From Opitutia bacterium (lineage in GTDB: Bacteria; Verrucomicrobiota; Verrucomicrobiia; Opitutales; T3Sed10-336), in the NCBI GenBank assembly GCA_050506795.1, contig JBJHCF010000050.1:1-33479 (forward strand): a DNA stretch of 33,479 nt, read 5' to 3'. Positions 31,023-33,479 of this stretch are shown piece after piece; within the stretch, counting starts at the first letter, position 1, and every line of letters begins with the position of its first letter. The translations under genes were made by a program, and so were the position numbers. The notes below the pieces were generated by a model. It saw only the letters and a program-made list of their open reading frames with translations. It searched no databases and was not told the origin of the DNA.

Positions 31023-31237
31023 TTATCGGGCGCGGTAGCCAATTCCGTCGGGATCGGCGCCGGTTTCGATGGTGTGGAGGATTTCCAGGCTGTCGAGATC
31101 GACGACCGAGACCGTATTCGAACGGGCGTTGGATATGAACGCTCGTTCTCCGGGGGATCGATGACGAGTCCTTCGGGGAAGTCTCCGGTCGGAAGGCGGT
31201 GGATCTCGCGCATCTCTTCGAGATCGAGGATGGAAAA
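31023..31237 (-). pseudogene. Truncated, frameshifted YVTN/YncE beta-propeller remnant
   Basis: One frame gives SILDLEEMREIHRLPTGDFPEGLVIDP. After a shift at about 31151-31156 another frame continues GERAFISNARSNTVSVVDLDSLEILHTIETGADPDGIGY. No N-terminal part is visible. Confidence 0.75.
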
Positions 31238-31452
31238 AATGGTGCTGATAAACAGACAACGAATGACAATGTTCATCAAGCGATCGCAACACCCTCAGCA
31301 CTGTCTGTTGTCAACCATCAGCAACGAAACTGTCAGATTGTTGTCATGCATCAGCAGTCAGGCAATACCGTCCCCTTGCCGCTGATAACTCAAACCTTCC
31401 CGACTTGCCGGGGATCCGGGTATACCCAAAATCAGCGGCGGCGCCTAACAGA

Positions 31453-31481
31453 TTGACGCGGGGGGTCGCGCGGACTATATA
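31453..31481 (+). promoter_or_regulatory. Candidate sigma70 promoter for the 31551 gene
   Basis: TTGACG (31453-31458), 17 nt, TATATA (31476-31481). Confidence 0.35.
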
Positions 31482-31550
31482 AAAACCTCCTTCCTCTGTC
31501 CAAGGGACGGAGAGCACATCAGATGCAAAAGCCATCAAATCCCAAAAACC

Positions 31551-33089
31551 ATGAAAGACGCGGTTTACTTCAGTATCTCTACATCTCCCATTTCGCGCTG
31601 GTTCGCGAGGATCAACAAGCGGCACGCTCGGCAATGTCCAGGTCACTTCCTCTGGATTTGCCTGTTTATATTCGGCACCTCCGTTACGGCGGCCAATGAG
31701 AATCGTATCCGGCCTTACGAGGCGAACCCGTTTTTCTGGCAATATCAGGGTGAGCCGGTATTGCTGCTGGGAGGGAGCCGGGAGGACAACTTGTTCAATC
31801 ATCCCGAAGGACTGGAGGATCATCTTGATGAAATCGCCGAGGCAGGTGGCAATTACGTGCGCAACACGATGTCCGACAGGAACCCGGAGAACCGCTACGC
31901 ATTCGCGCAGACGGATGACGGACTTTTCGACCTGACCGAATGGGACGCCGAGTATTGGGAGCGCTTCGACGGCTTCCTGAACATGTGTCATGAACGTAAC
32001 ATAATCGTGCAGATCGAGATCTGGGACCCCTGGGACTTATTCGCCTCGGAAGCACCCCTCGGATTCGGTCCGGAGAACAGGGGCTGGGAAGTTCACCCAT
32101 TTAACCCGCGGAATAATATTAACTACACAGCGGAAGAGTCAGGCCTGGCCGAAGTGATCGACTACTATTCCGGCTCAGGACCGAGTGATCATGCCTTCTT
32201 TCATACCGTGCCGGCCATGGAGGACAATGAAGTGGTCCGGCAATACCAGGAAGCCTTCGTCAACCGTCTACTGGACTTCAGCCTGAAGTATCCCAATGTG
32301 CTCTACTGCATGAATAATGAGATCGGTGAGGACCCTGAATGGGGGCGACACTGGGCCCGGTTCATCCGGGAACGGGCCGATGCGGAAGGTGTGGACGTTT
32401 ACCTCGCCGACATGCGGCGAAACGTCAACTTCAATTCAGCAGAACAGATCGCGTTGCTTCACGACGATGCGCACTATGACTATTTTGAGATATCGCAAAA
32501 CAACGTCAACACCGGCCAGAACCACTTCGACCAGATCCAGAGCATTCGGAGCCGTGTGCTGGAAAACCCCAAACCGCTGAACAATGTCAAGATCTACGGC
32601 GGCGAAGGCCACGCTTGGACCGGCGGTGAACTCGAAGCGACACGACGGATGTGGCGAAATGTCATTGGCGGCCTGGCCAGTTCACGGTTCCATCGGCCCG
32701 GCCCGGAGCACCAACCTTTTGGCATCGGCGCCAACGAGCTTGCCCTGGCCCACATCCGCAATGTCCGAACGGTCATGGAGGAAGTAGGCTGGCCGGGCAT
32801 CGAACCAAACCTCGACTTTGTTGAACATGTTTCCGATACGACGGATGCCGTGCAGACACCAACCGATGCAGAGGTCTCCATCGCGGCCGCCAAAGCACCG
32901 GATGGCCGAAGCGCCGTGATATTCGTAACTCATGGAGGCCATTTCCGTGTAGACCTCGACCATCTTCAGGAAGGTATACAAGCGGAATGGTTTAACCCCT
33001 TGACAGCTGAGCGCCGGGCAGCCGAAACCGGCAGCAGTGGAAATTTTCATCCCCCGTCTCAGGAAAACTGGGTACTCATTCTGAAATAG
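31551..33089 (+). CDS. Exported uncharacterised protein, probable clan GH-A-like TIM barrel with C-terminal putative collagen-binding-type domain
   Basis: Hydrophobic leader. Motifs RPYEANPFFWQYQGEPVLLLGG, GGNYVR, FDL..W...YWERF, IVQIEIWD, YPNVLYCMNNE and C-terminal AEWFNP. Start uncertain. Confidence 0.6.
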   Translation: MKDAVYFSISTSPISRWFARINKRHARQCPGHFLWICLFIFGTSVTAANENRIRPYEANPFFWQYQGEPVLLLGGSREDNLFNHPEGLEDHLDEIAEAGGNYVRNTMSDRNPENRYAFAQTDDGLFDLTEWDAEYWERFDGFLNMCHERNIIVQIEIWDPWDLFASEAPLGFGPENRGWEVHPFNPRNNINYTAEESGLAEVIDYYSGSGPSDHAFFHTVPAMEDNEVVRQYQEAFVNRLLDFSLKYPNVLYCMNNEIGEDPEWGRHWARFIRERADAEGVDVYLADMRRNVNFNSAEQIALLHDDAHYDYFEISQNNVNTGQNHFDQIQSIRSRVLENPKPLNNVKIYGGEGHAWTGGELEATRRMWRNVIGGLASSRFHRPGPEHQPFGIGANELALAHIRNVRTVMEEVGWPGIEPNLDFVEHVSDTTDAVQTPTDAEVSIAAAKAPDGRSAVIFVTHGGHFRVDLDHLQEGIQAEWFNPLTAERRAAETGSSGNFHPPSQENWVLILK

Positions 33090-33190
33090 ATTTTCGGCTC
33101 CAGAGTTTTCAGGCGACGGTGTGGTTCCAGAAGACCACGTTGCCATAGCGGTTTGCGGTGATGCGAAGCTGGCTGTCCTGAGAGATCACC

Positions 33191-33262
33191 AGGGCGGCGC
33201 TCCCGCGCCGCCGGTGCGGGCAGGATGGCCGCGCCCCCCGGCCATGCGGGAGCATGACCCTC
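33191..33262. repeat. Composite REP element, the insertion target of the intron
   Basis: Colinear with the reverse complement of 12654-12738. Ends GGCCATGC-GGGA-GCATGACC-CTC directly before the intron start. Confidence 0.8.
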
Positions 33263-33479
33263 GTGTGCCCGGCATGGGCATGAACTAGTCATATGAAAAG
33301 AAATGATCGGGAAAAGTGGCAACAACCGTAGTGAAAGACAAGGCGGGTACCGTGAGGGACTCAGCGTGAAAGAAGTCTGTAGCAAAGGCACGACCGTAGG
33401 AACACGAACAGGCAGAGAGGCCGTGTGTGGGCGATGAGAGTACGAGAAGCTACGAAATCCAACCGCCACCGAAAGCCAC
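33263..33479 (+). mobile_element. Group II intron, class IIC, 5' part of domain I (truncated by window end)
   Basis: Starts GTGTGCCCGGCATGGG (GUGYG boundary, IIC-type). CC-GTGA-GG GNRA stem at 33350-33357, AGGAACACGAAC at 33398-33409, GAGGC at 33417-33421 and the GATGAG...AAATC segment follow the order of the Oceanobacillus iheyensis IIC intron as I recall it. Located immediately after a DNA hairpin. Confidence 0.88.

Noticed and set aside
33191..33262. Intron as a IIC-attC element linked to the integron
   Set aside because: The 5' exon is a REP hairpin ending CCTC with no R/L boxes.

Overview
GC-rich bacterial chromosomal window. The long-form integrase, REP families and CAZyme set suggest a Verrucomicrobiota/PVC-like organism, which is inference only. 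The left end is an integron: intI on the + strand, an attI-like site with direct repeats, and the start of a first cassette encoding a RelB/DinJ-type antitoxin with its own promoter. Next comes a repeat-rich spacer holding a 238-bp IS4-like MITE. The core genes are a thioester-less alpha-2-macroglobulin, DUF1961 plus a GH106-like hydrolase, a carboxy(nor)spermidine operon linked to a DEAD-box helicase, a GH141-like beta-helix protein, a DUF748 protein, a xylan cluster (GH43-CBM6, DUF1080, GH10, GPH symporter, GH43 beta-xylosidase), a YVTN pseudogene remnant and a clan GH-A-like unknown protein. The last 217 bp are the 5' end of a group IIC intron inserted at the end of a REP hairpin. Its predicted EBS1 is complementary to that REP end, and an empty homologous REP element is present at 12654-12738. 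This is the most interesting signal. All family calls come from motif recognition without database searches.
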